A stretch of 64,000 bases of DNA from Haliotis cracherodii (GCF_022045235.1 NW_027266275.1:67642001-67706000), one strand, 5' to 3'; shown: positions 50,801-63,720, counted from the stretch's first letter. A program made the numbers and translations. The notes: generated by a model from the sequence alone, not told the origin.

Positions 50801-52429
50801 TCTATTAACTTATTAGGCGTAACTAGTGACTAATTTCAAAGTTATGAACCTTCACCTACGATTGTTCTTTTAGTGATAATTCATTTGTAACCGTATCTTG
50901 GAAATGGACAAGTTACAGCCATTTTAAATTCTTGTAATTTCGGACGACCTGTATGCCTCTTTGTTCTACGCCGCAGACAGATGACGTTGATACCATCTTA
51001 CGTCAAGCATGGGTTGCGTCACGTAGGTCGCCACAGGTTCCCAATGGGCTTATTTTAAACTGAAGGTGAGGTAGTTTTGACACAGCAGAAATAAGCTTTT
51101 AGAGGAACTATTTCTACGCCGGATTCCTCTGAGTGAAAAATCAGAATCTAGTATTTTCATGACTAAAGTAGGAGTGATACATAAGTTACTTTTTACTACA
51201 ATATTTACGACAGGTCAATCACATATGATATATTGAAATATCACATCGCATCCCTCTTGACATTTGGTATAAATAATGTACAAATTTGACAGCGGTAATA
51301 AGTTTTTTGCAACTCATGCTCTGAAACTACCTGCCAGTCATGTGTCAATTACATCCCCTAGGACCAATCCCACATATGATATATAATTGAATGTATCAGC
51401 CCGTGTGCTTCCAGTTCCTCGACCAAACATGAGGCTGGTCATTGCTTACCTGTAATCTGAAGATGTGTACAGTCTGTAGCAAAACCACATTGCTTGCATT
51501 GTTCTGAGAAAAAAACACTCATTGTGATGTAATTCCAAGTAAACATTTAGATTAAGACACACCACTCGTCCTTTGATAAAATTACACAAAGAAGTAACGT
51601 CAGTAGGCACATCACGTTTTCAGCAATACAGATAATGTGGCAGTTATATGTAGCGTGTTCATTTAATTTGTTTTCATTTCTTTATTCAGTTTATTGTGAG
51701 TAATAATGGTATTTACATTGTTCTTTTTCATGTGAACCATCACGGCACATTAAGCCGAGACACAACGAAACTCAATATCATTGATACGTCTTTACATTTA
51801 ATCTTTTTGTATCTAATTAAGATTGTAAAGAAGTGATCAATTTGTCTAGGATTCTATGTTGGTATTGAGGCCTGATACGCCAGAAAAGAAATGCATTTTC
51901 ATTTTATTTCAAAGAATGTTTGAGACAAGAACGAAGAATAGGAAATGGTATTTAGGCGTCAAGGGTATTACGAAAAATGTGTCTATGCGTGCTTCTGATA
52001 AATCACATTTCGAACTTATAATAATATGAATGTTTCCTTTTGAAATTCGACATGATGCTATGTCCTTATACGTGTACTCTTCCGTCTCAAGTTGCCTTTA
52101 TGTTCACAAACAGTTCACTGATGTGTTTTTGACCGCTTTCTGCTTTAAAAAGTAACAAATACGCTAAAGTTGAAAGGTTTCTCAAATTAAAAGTTCACAT
52201 TATTTGAACTTTGGCGTAATACAATACCGCCGTAGTCACCACTAGTTTATCTATATCTACATGTTTGGAAAAGACAATCCAGTTGGAATAGACAACTTCA
52301 CCTTAGATATTGGATATATACACACTTTTAGTCAGTTGTTTTACAACTGATAAATGCTCTTCATGGACGGTTATCAATGAAAATTATTTCTGCCTTGCTA
52401 AATTGCTAACTAATCCCTTCTTTCTACGA

Positions 52430-52694
52430 GGGGGCGTGGGTGGCCCAGTCGTCTAAGGCGCCGCGATTCGCTGTGCAGAGTTGCGTCCCTTGGGCACGCT
52501 AGAAACCTATGATTGTGGGTTCGAATCCCGGTTCGCCCCGATTATGTTTCTAGGTTTGTCAGGTGGGTTTCACCGAAGTGGTAAACGTCGGAGACCTGCA
52601 TCACTTCGGGCTTTCATCCCAAATTAAGCTGACACGCCGTGATATGACTGGAATACTATTAAAAGCGGCGTTAAACCAAACTCACTCACTCACT
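52430..52694 (+). mobile_element. SINE family B
   Basis: Near-identical to 45726-46006 with a small internal deletion. Confidence 0.95.
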
Positions 52695-53249
52695 CTGCCT
52701 AAGACAGATGCAACAGACTTCTAGTTTGAATGAAACGATTGTGCACTCTGCTATTGTTTTAAAAATATGTTAGTATATGTATGAGAAATGTTAGTCTAAC
52801 CTTTACCAAAACCTGAATCAATCTTATTATAAACTTCAAATGTATATGTATAGGATTCCTGTTAGTTTAATGTATCACTGATAAAACGTTTTATCTGATC
52901 AGAAGTGTATGATCTTATTCAAACATAAATATGTAATGAGAAATTTTAGTTGTTAAAGTCAGTTGTTTACATCAGTCCCTATACGAAAGGCAGAAGGAGA
53001 AAAAACTCAACAGCATTATCACTGCGTGGAACCAAACATGTTTTTCCCGATGAGAGACTTGTCCAGCTCGCCCTTTTCTGCATTCAAATTGGGTTTGTGA
53101 AAAACAAATTACTGCAGTTGAGTCTTGAGGCTTTACTTGAGCAAATGCTAAATGTGAAAAAATCCAAGTGGGCCAAACTCAATATGCTGGTTGACAGTTA
53201 GGTTTTATACCCTGTAAGGAAATGGCACCCTTGATTCGCTGCTTAACAA

Positions 53250-53620
53250 GGGAAACTAGGATTGCGTGATTGCGGTTTACACATGTGTAGGGCGCAACCT
53301 TCATGGGATTAAGAACCATCCTGCATACGAAAAGTGTTCATTTCTTCAGTTAAAACTTTTCTTAATTTAGGCGGATTAATCTCTGTCCTCGTTAAGTTTA
53401 TTAAAACCAATTTCTGTTGACAATCAATTTTTCCGTTATCAATCCTGATTATTTCATAGTCGTAAGACAAAATATTGTACTTGCACTGAAGTAATTTCTT
53501 AACTGGTCTTACTTTATCATTCAGTATATATACAACTTTACTGTCAGGATGATAAAACGTCGTAAAGTGTTGGTTACAGGATACAATCTTATTGACAAAA
53601 AGAACCCCAATATTGTGGAC
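53250..53620 (-). pseudogene. Possible PB2 C-terminal fossil (about 100 open codons)
   Basis: NQHFTTFYHPDSKVVYILND compared with influenza [20 protein letters not shown]. Confidence 0.45.
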
Positions 53621-54150
53621 GACAATAGAATATTATAAAAACCCGAATTCCATTAGGAAGACGTAAAAAGCTTAACTCTGAGACACTTTTTGTAAAGAGC
53701 TTTCCATTCATGAATATGCAAAAAGTAATTTCAGCTGCTTTTTCGATCAATCTTCAAGGGGAAGGGAAACATCCAAATGATTTTGAAGAAGCACATTCTT
53801 TGCCAAACCAAGACATAACTTAAGTAGAAAAATGGATACAATTCCGAGGCAATCAATGACATAATATACGTCCATAAAATTTCTTCTTCTTTCTTCCTTG
53901 CCAAGACACCATTATCTGAGGTTCCCATTTATTCAGTACCTTTAGTTTCAGTTGTCTCGCACGATACAATTGCAGTCTCAGAGCATTTACTAAAGATTTT
54001 CTTTCCTTCAGTGGTCCGTTGTATGATTTTCATGACTATTTTTACATCCAATGAAATCTGTTTTAGCAGATAATAGAGGCACTAACATTTCGGATTTCCA
54101 AGACTTTTTCAATTTGATCCGTATCAAATGATTATCATGTCATGATTTAG
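53620..54150 (-). pseudogene. PA: Orthomyxo-like PA C-terminal fossil
   Basis: LSAKTD, LQLYRARQLKLKVLNKW (influenza MFLYVRTNGTSKIKMKW), SLIASELYPFFYLS (TLLAKSVFNSLYAS), ALYKKCL, WNSGFYNIL. Confidence 0.7.
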
Positions 54151-54599
54151 TCAGTTCACTTCTAGTACTTGTACATAACGTAATCACTCATGGCAACACT
54201 ATTCAAAATTGTCAGATTATCATTGTTTTAGGTTTTGAACATTACACAGCGTGTCACGACACACATTAAGCTGACAAGCCGTGATATAACTGTAATACTG
54301 TAAATAGCGGCGTAAACCCAACTAACTCACTCACTCACTTAATGGCGCTAACCAATGCCTGTGGCATCAACTGGGTTTCAGTTTCACAGGTCCAGTTAAT
54401 ACAACTGGGATATTGCTGACTGCGGCCTGAAACACCATTTCTCTCGTTCTCTCTAGAAATATAGTATTAAATGACACAGCAATGGGTTGTTGTTCCTGTC
54501 CTATCATATCACCATAAATTGCAAGGCGTTACTGTTCATGGCGGCAACGTTTCGGCATAAACATGCCTGATTCAAGTCTAAATTTTACGGGTCTGTATT

Positions 54600-55450
54600 C
54601 ACATTCATGTGCAAATGAAAACCCCGAACAAACGATGTGTTGGAACATAAACTAAACCGGAACTAGACAGGCCTAACGTAAAGTGAACCCTTAATATCTG
54701 TGAGAAGTGCATATATTCTTTGAAGATCTCTATGAATATATATGTGCCATATTGGAACACTCTGCATGTTCTACCAATTAGTTTACAATCACAACGCACA
54801 TTTTCTATCGAAGTTCAAGAAAAGCCATTTGCAAGGTGATCGTATTAATAGAACTTGGCGTCATACTCAAGATACTAGACGTTATTTTACTAACCTCCAA
54901 GAAACGAGTACATACAAGTAGCAGCATTAGAGGAAATGCGTTCATTAGAGCATGTTCTTATGAGGTCTTAAACTCTGTGGAAAAATAACAATGTTATCGA
55001 TAAAATGTGCGTCACAAGGCTCTTGTGTTGCCCCAGTCCACTCTGGTCTGATGGCTCTATTTGTGTAACGACCTTTTTCTCAATACTCTCGCGTCATATT
55101 AGAATCCATCCACTTAAAAACACTGCTTCTGGAAACATTCTAAAATCCTTGCCCGAGACATGTTATTTCCTCCGCAGCAATAATGGCGTGCTCATTTCGT
55201 CTGCCAAATATGACTGCTCGATGATAGAGGACGTTAACGCCACCTGCTTCGCGTGATCGAACTGTCTCATTGATACACGTGGAAAGCATATCATTATAGG
55301 AACATGTACTTACCCACAATGTATAATTCACAAGGACTGTGTCCTTCTTGCAGCTGATATCAGAAGACGAGGAATCAATGGTTGCGTCGTTGTCTCGTAC
55401 ACAGCATAGGTATATCACCAGGATGTATCACAAATACAAACACGTGTCAT
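54600..55450 (-). pseudogene. NP: Orthomyxo-like NP fossil
   Basis: LADE.., GRYTN..ATQEPCDAHFID..EFKTS; protein-level homolog of 50400-50150. Confidence 0.55.
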
Positions 55451-55997
55451 AAATTAAAAACAGTGACAACTCAATGTTGGGATGGCATAGTTGATTCTCA
55501 AATTTTGAGTCTGTGAGTCGTGTTTAGTAATATTTCCGCAATCGTCAGGAAACACAAGAAATGGGTCATAAATACTGACTGTCGAAAGAAACACGAAACG
55601 CATCGTGTATTGTGGTAAACGTTTTATTTTCTTTCCCTATTTGAATCCCTCGATGAATAAAAACCTATACTTACGAATCAGCCTACAGTGGTTCCGCCAG
55701 CGGTTTGCGAAACTGGTAAGACTCTTTTTCTACGATGGCAGATGCGGATAATAACGACGTTCCTTCTTACGACAGCGCAGACGTTCTTACCATAACAAAC
55801 TGAAAATAAAAAAAACCCGTAAAGGGTAATTGATATCTCGCCCTGTCAAAGGTAAAATATAACTCACAAGACGGAAGATACAAATGAAATATCAAACAAT
55901 AAAACAGGAATGTAAACTAACAATAATATCAGAGAGGGAGTTTATTGATGTCAACGTTTTAATTATCATATAATCTTATGTGTATCACTACTTAATA

Positions 55998-56215
55998 CAG
56001 CAACCCATGCTTGTCGTAAGAGGCGATTAACGGGATCGGGTGGTCAGGCTCGCTGACTTTGTTGATGCATGTCATCGATTCCAATTGCGTGGATCGATGC
56101 GCATGATGTAAATCACTGTATTGTCTGGTCCAGACTCGATTATCTTTGCAGACCGCCGTCATATAGCTGGAATATTGCTAAGTGCGGCGTTAAACAACAA
56201 ACAAACCAAACAAAA
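55998..56215 (+). mobile_element. SINE family A
   Basis: cttgtcgtaagaggcga motif; TSD actacttaatac. Confidence 0.9.
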
Positions 56216-56479
56216 CTACTTAATACCATTTAAATATTTGAACAATAATATCCTTGGAATATGACATCAGATTTTGCGAATTGGTCTGAATGATTAAACA
56301 CTTAAGGCTAATTGTCACTTAATTCAAATCTATATCAAATCTATTTGTACATGACTACATACATACTGTGTGACAACTAAATTGAGAGTTGTAAACTTGG
56401 GCGGTCGATATGATAGTGGAAGCTCAGAACACAAGCGTGTGGTTACAAATATCGCTAGCGCATTTCGGTTACCCATGAG

Positions 56480-57690
56480 AGAGTTGGCCACGTTAAAATT
56501 CCCAGATGAGATTTGTATATCGGAAACAGTCAGTGTAATAAAATATTAAAAAAGTCAAATTACACCAAAAGAAACCGTTCATTGGATAGGGTATGGCATC
56601 CAGCATCACACCTGTCACAGCCCTGTCAGGTGTACAGATTAATTTTTTGTGCCATAACATGTTTTGGACCGAGATGTATTGAGGAACCCTTGAGTAAATA
56701 GTTTTCTTACAAGCAAAATGTGACATTCAAATCAATATGTAATAAGATAGCAAGATGCGCGACTGGCTCTTCTTAGAACATTACCAAGACGTAGTTCGTA
56801 GAGAAGTTAAATCTAGTAATTATTTAAGTTGATATATCACCATCAATTTGTTAGTTAGATTGGTCTTACGCACAAATAACCTTGATCATGTTCCTTGACC
56901 GCCATTGCGTTTTTAGAAACTCATAACCCAAAATACTGATATTTAAAAAAATTAAAAGACAATTTAAATAGTCGCTTTTCAGAGACAAACCTCGATTATC
57001 CGGCGAAAGTATATGGTGGAAAGTATATGAATGGACCACTGAAAAAGAATAGGAAAATCTGGAAAACTTTAAAGTCGAAATCGTCAAAGACAATAATTAC
57101 TGACAGTTTTTTGACACATTTTTATGATTAGATGAGACAAGTAGTGGTCATATTGAATGAGTGACTTAAAATTTATCGTCGCATCGGCATTATTTCAGCC
57201 ATATAGCCATATTGAGCACAAAGTATATTTTCAATAATACCCACACTTCTTATATTTTCATAAGTATATCTAATGAATAAAATGCTACCTGGAAAAATAT
57301 TAACTGGTGATACATGCAAAATATTATCTAAAATTACAGCTAACAACTTGTACTGATTAATTTGAGAGGTCATTCCTTAACTCAACAGACGTCTACGTCC
57401 GACTTTGATAAACCTTTGCCCATTTTCTGCTTAATACAAACAAACACGACAAAACCCTTTCCATAATCATTAAGTCCATTGTACAATTCCGACTATATCA
57501 CCAGCATGAACGATATGTTCTTTAGGACCTCTAGCTTGACACGTCAATCTATTAGCAACACAAAGCGTGTTAAAGAATCACATTAGATGAGGACATTCAG
57601 ACCGGTTGTAGATTCTATCGGGATAGCTGTAAGAAGTATCTGGAGTCTAGCTTCTTTAATATACTCTGCTACCGCGTTCCTAAACAATTA
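56480..57690 (+). pseudogene. PA: Longest orthomyxo-like PA-C fossil (interrupted by a SINE scrap at ~57160 and a PLE tail at 57440-57535)
   Basis: HWIGYG, VKSSNYLS*YITIN..DHV, LFRDKPRLSGES..YEWTTE, GDTCKILSKITANNLY (57306-57353; influenza GKVCRTLLAKSVFNSLY), LESSFFNIL (LNASWFNSF). Confidence 0.75.
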
Positions 57691-57709
57691 CTATACATAA
57701 AGATATGAT

Positions 57710-57960
57710 TCTGGGGTAGAATAGGTCTTCAGCAACCCATGCTTGCCATGAAAGGCGACTATGCTTGTCGTAAGAGGCGACTAACGGGATCGGGTGGTCA
57801 GGCTCGCTGACTTGATGCATGTCATCGTATCCCAATTGCGTGGATCGATACTCATGACGTCAATCACTGGATTTTCTGGTTCAGACTCAATTATTTACAC
57901 ACCGCTGTCATATAGCTGGAATGTTGCTGAGTCCGGCGTTAAACAACAAACAAACAAAAC
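57710..57960 (+). mobile_element. SINE family A
   Basis: Full body with duplicated atgcttg..ggcgact motif and caaa tail. Confidence 0.9.
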
Positions 57961-58799
57961 ATATACATATGTGTAAAGTTTTCTTTTGATCGGTTATTAC
58001 GTAAGTGATAATAGTGAAGGTATGCTTCTTTTACATTTTCTGATATGAGTCTTGTTCCAAATTAACAAATCATCATCAAATATATCATGTCTAAAAGTTC
58101 ACTACTTTCTATTTATCTAAAAATGTCCAGACAGAAGGCACTGTTTGAGGTTAATACGAGACTTTCGTATAATGATTTTGTGCCCTTTATTGGTTCCAGT
58201 ATCTCACCCTAAGTGTGTGTTTCATTCATGGTCATTTACCGAGATCGTATCTTTGTCATACTGCATTATTTCATGTCTGCAACGCACGACATTTCTGACT
58301 GGGCTAAAATCTTATCTCACTTCAATTAGTGGTAAATCTCAGCAATATTTATAATGACATGATATTGTACTGCTATGTCAGGAAGCGCTATCATGTCACT
58401 GGTGTGTCTGGTCTCGATTCGATTGTTTACAGACCGCGGTCAGGTTTATAGTAATTGGTTTGAAATTGCCAATTAGAAGAAATTGTCGAAACAATTACTG
58501 ATTCTTTCACACAATTTAGTTTTTGACCACTTGGTCTACAGTGTGACTTAACATGATGGCTATACCTTCTGTCCATCAGTTGAAATAATTAAATGTGGAA
58601 ATGTAAGGTGCAACTCTTATAACTATGAAAGGAAATTGTATGCTACAATAATACTTTTAAAACTGCATTTCTGTTTGACTTAAGCTGCTTAAATGTACAT
58701 TGTAGTTGAACATATACTCGTAACATATCATGGGTGATATTGATATTTATTAGCCACGTTGTGAAGATACAGGTGGTAAGATACTAAATCCGTACTTCA

Positions 58800-59900
58800 C
58801 ACGTATGTCGTACAAGGCTGACCTAGTTTTATCCGTTTTGATTGGATAACCGTGACCTCTGTCACGACTTTTTCATTTATAACAAATCGCGACGTCATTC
58901 ATTTTGCAACTACACGGCAGCAAAAGCAATCTAAAAAAGAGCCTAAGATATTTTCAAACACTTTATTAAACCAAACAAGATAGTCACGCGCATCAAATTC
59001 GGTTTGCACTCTATATAGGTTATCCATAGAGCTTCTACAGACATTATATAATTGAGCTATATCCATTTACAATGTACGACTACCGATCAATAGATCGAGG
59101 GTCCCCGTGATCATGACGCACACGATCACTTTCGCAACTTTCAATTTGATTTTAATGTAAATGGGCAAGCCTGGTGAAATAAAGTCAGTTTAAACTATCT
59201 GGACAGATATCTAGACTTACTTGGGATGATCCGGTTGTGCCATCAGTGTCCCCTTCGAAGCGTATTTTGTGGCACTGTTTCGGGAGTTGTTTGTTCAAGA
59301 CTGCACTACCAGATCACTCAAAGTGAACATTTTCGAAAACTCCGCAGAGGTGGTCTGACTTCTAATTATGTGGCCCAAAATAGCCCAAATGTGAACAATA
59401 GAATTCCCTATCTCTCGCGTAAAACGCTGTGAGTATATCACGGTTGTCTTTTCTTTTTCCTTTGATGACCTTGCCCTTCGTTCGAAGCTGTCACTGACAT
59501 GCAAGCAGGCTTGAGTTTGTTGATTTTCACGTCTACAGTATAGGGTGGTACAGTTAACATGAATGTCTTTGGCGAAGGCTCTGATTTCCCTCTTCCAAAA
59601 TGGTACGGGCAGGATATACATTCAGCTGATAGATCAAGGAAACCGAACCATTTTGATTTCCCAGCCGGGACCCTGACAGTGCGAGTTACCGACTGTTGGT
59701 CCGATATTCAAAGCGCGGCGCTAATGTGACTTTTCAAATTTTCTTATAGGTGTCCTGCGTACTAACAACATGGCGCTTGAATTACCATAAGTTGAACAAA
59801 TTCTTACAAAAGGATCTTGAGCGTCGGTGTTGTTATGTTTGCAAACACAACTGCAGACACATGTTGTTAATGCGGATGCTTTGAAATGTCAACAATGCCT
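58800..59900 (+). pseudogene. PB1: Orthomyxo-like PB1 catalytic core fossil
   Basis: TD..ELYP (motif A), *MGKPGE (KMARLGK), SFDDLAL (59458-59478; SSDDFAL), MSLAKALI (motif D), ISQPG..ELPTVGP..CDFS. Confidence 0.75.
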
Positions 59901-60091
59901 TTATTTGGGCATATGTCAATATTCATGGCAACCAAATTTTGCAACCGGTTTCAGTTTGGTCTGTCAACGAACGAAAGTTGTTATGTATTCACACTTAAAT
60001 ATATATTTAACGTGGATAATAAATAAAATACAACACTCATTCTCGTTAGATACCATTGTTACGAAGCTCGTGAACTTTCTATGGTATCTAA

Positions 60092-60390
60092 CGAGAATGA
60101 GTGTGAGTGAGTGTGAGTGAGTTTGGTTTAACACCGCTTTTAACAGTATTCCAGTCATATCACGGCGTGTCAGCTTAATGTGGGAGGAAAGCCCGAAGTG
60201 ATGCAGGTCTCGGACGTTTACCACTTCGGTGAAACCCACGAGCACGGGTATGGTGCTGACAAACCTAGAAACATAATCGGGGCGAACCGGGATTCGAACC
60301 CACAATCATAGGTTTCTGGCGTGCCTAAGGGACGCAACTCTGCGCAGCGAATCGCGGCGCCTTAGACGACTGGGCCCCCCATGCCCCCCG
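60092..60390 (-). mobile_element. Full-length SINE family B
   Basis: Reverse complement of 45726-46006; TSD cgagaatgagtgt. Confidence 0.95.
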
Positions 60391-60444
60391 AGAATGAGTG
60401 TAGTATTCTCTATACATGTTTGAAATAAAAGCGAGAAAGAGGCC

Positions 60445-60640
60445 ACTATGCTTGTTTAAAGAGACGACTAACGGGTTCGGGTGGTCAGGCTCGCTGACTT
60501 GGTTGATGCATGTCATCGTATCCCAGTTGCGTATACCAATGCTCATGATATCAATCAATGGATTATCTGGTACAAATCGCTGTCATATAGCTGGACTACT
60601 CCTGAGTGCGTCGTTAAACAGCACACAACAAAAACATATA
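60445..60640 (+). mobile_element. SINE family A
   Basis: cgactaacggg..gtggtcaggctcgctgacttggttgatgcatgtcatcg. Confidence 0.85.
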
Positions 60641-60699
60641 CAAAAGCAAGTAAAGTGTTCACCTGACGAAAAACGGGTACATATTGTATAAGTCAATAT

Positions 60700-61070
60700 G
60701 ACTTGTCTGAAGTGTCAAATTTGAACATGTCCGACACATGTCTATCAGCGATGGAGAACTGTTTGGTTTAGCGCTGAGTCAAGATATTATCCGCGTCGAG
60801 CTAAAGGGGGAGCCAGAGTGTAGTGACTGCTTACAGAGACAACTTAACGGCCAAACGATATTGTTATGAAATTCCAACGTCATCTTTCAAAGCGATAGTG
60901 TGACAGCAACATTCCGATGGAAACTCAATGAACGGGTGCTCCCAAAACCATATACAGACACTATATATAACAGCTTTCACCTGCACTACAGACCGAGTGT
61001 CTAATATTCCCCATCGTGTTCTGCAGGAGGTACCAGACACACGAAATACTGAGTTCTCATGACCTTGACC
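60700..61070 (+). pseudogene. PB2: Orthomyxo-like PB2 cap-binding-domain fossil
   Basis: FGLALSQ..LNGQTILL..FQSDSVTATFR compared with influenza MGLRISS..GNLQTLKI..FTMVGRRATAILR. Confidence 0.55.
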
Positions 61071-61074
61071 TTGT

Positions 61075-61900
61075 CATTTTCCGTGTAATGTCTTTATACT
61101 GGAGAAGTGTGAACATTTTCCGTGTAGTGTCTATATACTGGAGAAGTGTCAACATTTTCCGTGTAATGTCTTTATACTGGAGAAGTGTCAACATTTTCCG
61201 TGTAATGTCTATATACTGGAAAAGTGTCAACATTTTCCGTGTAATGTCTACATACTGGAGAAGTGTCAACATTTTCCGTGTAATGTCTTTATACTGGAGA
61301 AGTGTTAACATTTTCCGTGTAATGTCTATATACTGGAGAAGTGTCAACATTTTCCGTGTAATGTCTATATACTAGAGAAGTGTCAACATTTTCCGTGTAT
61401 TGTCTATATACTGGAGAAGTGTGAACATTTTCCGTGTAATGTCTATATACTGGAGAAGTGTCAACATTTTCCGTGTAATGTCTATATACTGGAGAAGTGT
61501 GAACATTTTCCGTGTAATGTCTATATACTGGAGAAGTGTGAACATTTTCCGTGTAATGTCTATATACTGGAGAAGTGTCAACATTTTCCGTGCAATGTCT
61601 TTATACTTGAGAAGTGTCAACATTTTCTGTGTAATGTCTTTATACTGGAGAAGTGTCAACATTTTCCGTGTAATGTCTTTATACAGGAGAAGTCACAACA
61701 TTTTCCGTGTAATGTCTTTATACTGGAGAAGTGTGAACATTTTCCGTGTAATGTCTTTATACAGGAGAAGTCACAACATTTTCCGTGTAATGTCTTTATA
61801 CTGGAGAAGTGTCAACATTTTCCGTGTAATGTCTTTATACTGGAGAAGTGTCAACATTTCTGCGTAATGTATTTATACTGGAGAAGTGTGAACATTTTCT
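61075..61900. repeat. 39-bp minisatellite, about 21 copies
   Basis: Unit aacattttccgtgtaatgtct(a/t)tatactggagaagtgt(c/g); no spacers between units. Confidence 0.95.
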
Positions 61901-62639
61901 GGTTGTGCTTTTCTCTTTTATGAGCTAATCTGTACTCAAATCTGGTGTTGCATATAAACTGCAAACCTTAATTTTCACTAAATATACCTAAAGTACTCAA
62001 AATAATATCCAAACTGGTGCAACATGAATGGAAAAAGATGTAGTTTATTATCTTAATGTGTCGTAAACATTCATCGTAAAACAATAATCTCTGATCAATA
62101 TGAGAATAAAGTGTATGTAATATTGCGTTTTACATATAAAATCTCTATCTGACAGCTTGAATGAATTAAAACATGAACAATAGAGCAACTCAGTTGAAGT
62201 GTGTGTGAGTGAGTGAGTGAGTTAAAGCTTTACGTCACATCGGCAATATTTCAGCCATATCGTGACGATGAAGCGTGTGAAACGTGAAGCAATTTAGTCT
62301 TGATCAGGTGCATTTCTAGCTTGACCTTTTCAGTATTCAAATTCGGACTGTAAAATGACACATTATTGCTTGTTCGTCTTGAGTCTTTACTGGAGCAGAC
62401 TGTAATGTGTCAAGTAGTCTATCCGACAGGGTCTATTTGGAAGTATCATAGATTTGACATGGCTTGATTCACTGCCAACTTTCTGAAGCCCCTGATGTTT
62501 GTCAGGTCACACACGTTCATAGTATAATAGATGTCACATTCCAGTTGACATAATTCAATTAGCACGATAATAGGCATGACATTTATAATAGGAAATGATG
62601 CTAGGCTGCCTTAAATGACCCCTTTTGAGTGTCAAACTC

Positions 62640-63720
62640 ATGAAATACTGTGTCAGCAGAACTCACATTATTGAAAATATGTGAAACCATTATGTTACCT
62701 TATAGGGAACCGCGTGTATGTGCATATAAACCACATCAGAAACAAAAACAGAATAATGGAAAAACTCTGGATGAGAGGTTACACCATAATCACAAACGGA
62801 TTTCCGTCAATGCTATCTTAACGAAGGAAGACCATAACTTCCCCTCTACAACTTGTGATGCATTAATAGAAAGCGTTACATTAAATAATCTTTTCATTCG
62901 GATAACTTTCAATCTGTCTTTCCATAATTTAGTACTGATCTTTCAATTCCAGCAATTAATGGCGAAGACGTTTAACAAACTAAGAGAAAGCATTAAATTC
63001 AATGAGCTAGTTTTTCAAATGTGCCGACTGCCGGCCGGTACTCTGAGATACTACAAAGTGGACGAAAATTCTGGCGATAAAAGAATGTCATGATGGAATG
63101 GCAAATGTGGGGATTTATAAAAGCCATGCAATTCGGATATTTCAAGATTCCACGTCCAACTCAAGCTTTTAGTTCATTTCCGAACGCTCAGATGTTTGGA
63201 AATCCAATCACTATCATGGACGATATAAAATGCCGGGTCGTCACAAAAAAAATGTGTGGGTGAATGTTGATTTGTGCCGCATCAATAATCCTGCAGTATC
63301 CCATCCACCTGTAAATAATCAAATCTAGGTCAGACAAACTACATGTGCAATGATTCATGCCATCAGGGCAAAGTGACAGATCACACGTTGTAACCACACG
63401 CTTCTCTCCGACTGCAGGTTTGCGGTTCTTCCCCAAACTTTCTTCGAACGAGGAAGACAAAAGACCTAAAAACAACGTAAAATAACACGCCGTCAGAAAC
63501 AAACACTTGCAATGAACATCAAAGAAAAAATGCCATATGGTCACTGCTAATTTCAGAGTATATTGCCTTGCTACCGAAATTCATCGATGGGATACAAAAG
63601 CACTGTAGCTCACCTGGTCATGTAGCCAACAGGTCTTAATGTCGAGAAAGATTACCACATAACAAAACAGCTTAGCGAAAACAAGTACTTAACACTACTA
63701 CTAGTTAGTACTGAAATTTC
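62640..63720 (+). pseudogene. PB1: Orthomyxo-like PB1 N-terminal half fossil (147-codon open stretch at 62650-63093)
   Basis: TIMLPYREP (TTFPYTGDP), NAI..NFPS (NPI..NEPS), CRLPAGTL (NRNQPAATAL), WGFIKAM (IDFLKDV), ICAASIILQYPIHL (motif F end). Confidence 0.65.

Noticed and set aside
61016-61867. Repetitive ORFs (NIFRVMSLYWRSV)n and a CRISPR-like appearance
   Set aside because: These are a by-product of a 39-bp minisatellite; there are no unique spacers, no cas genes, and the context is eukaryotic
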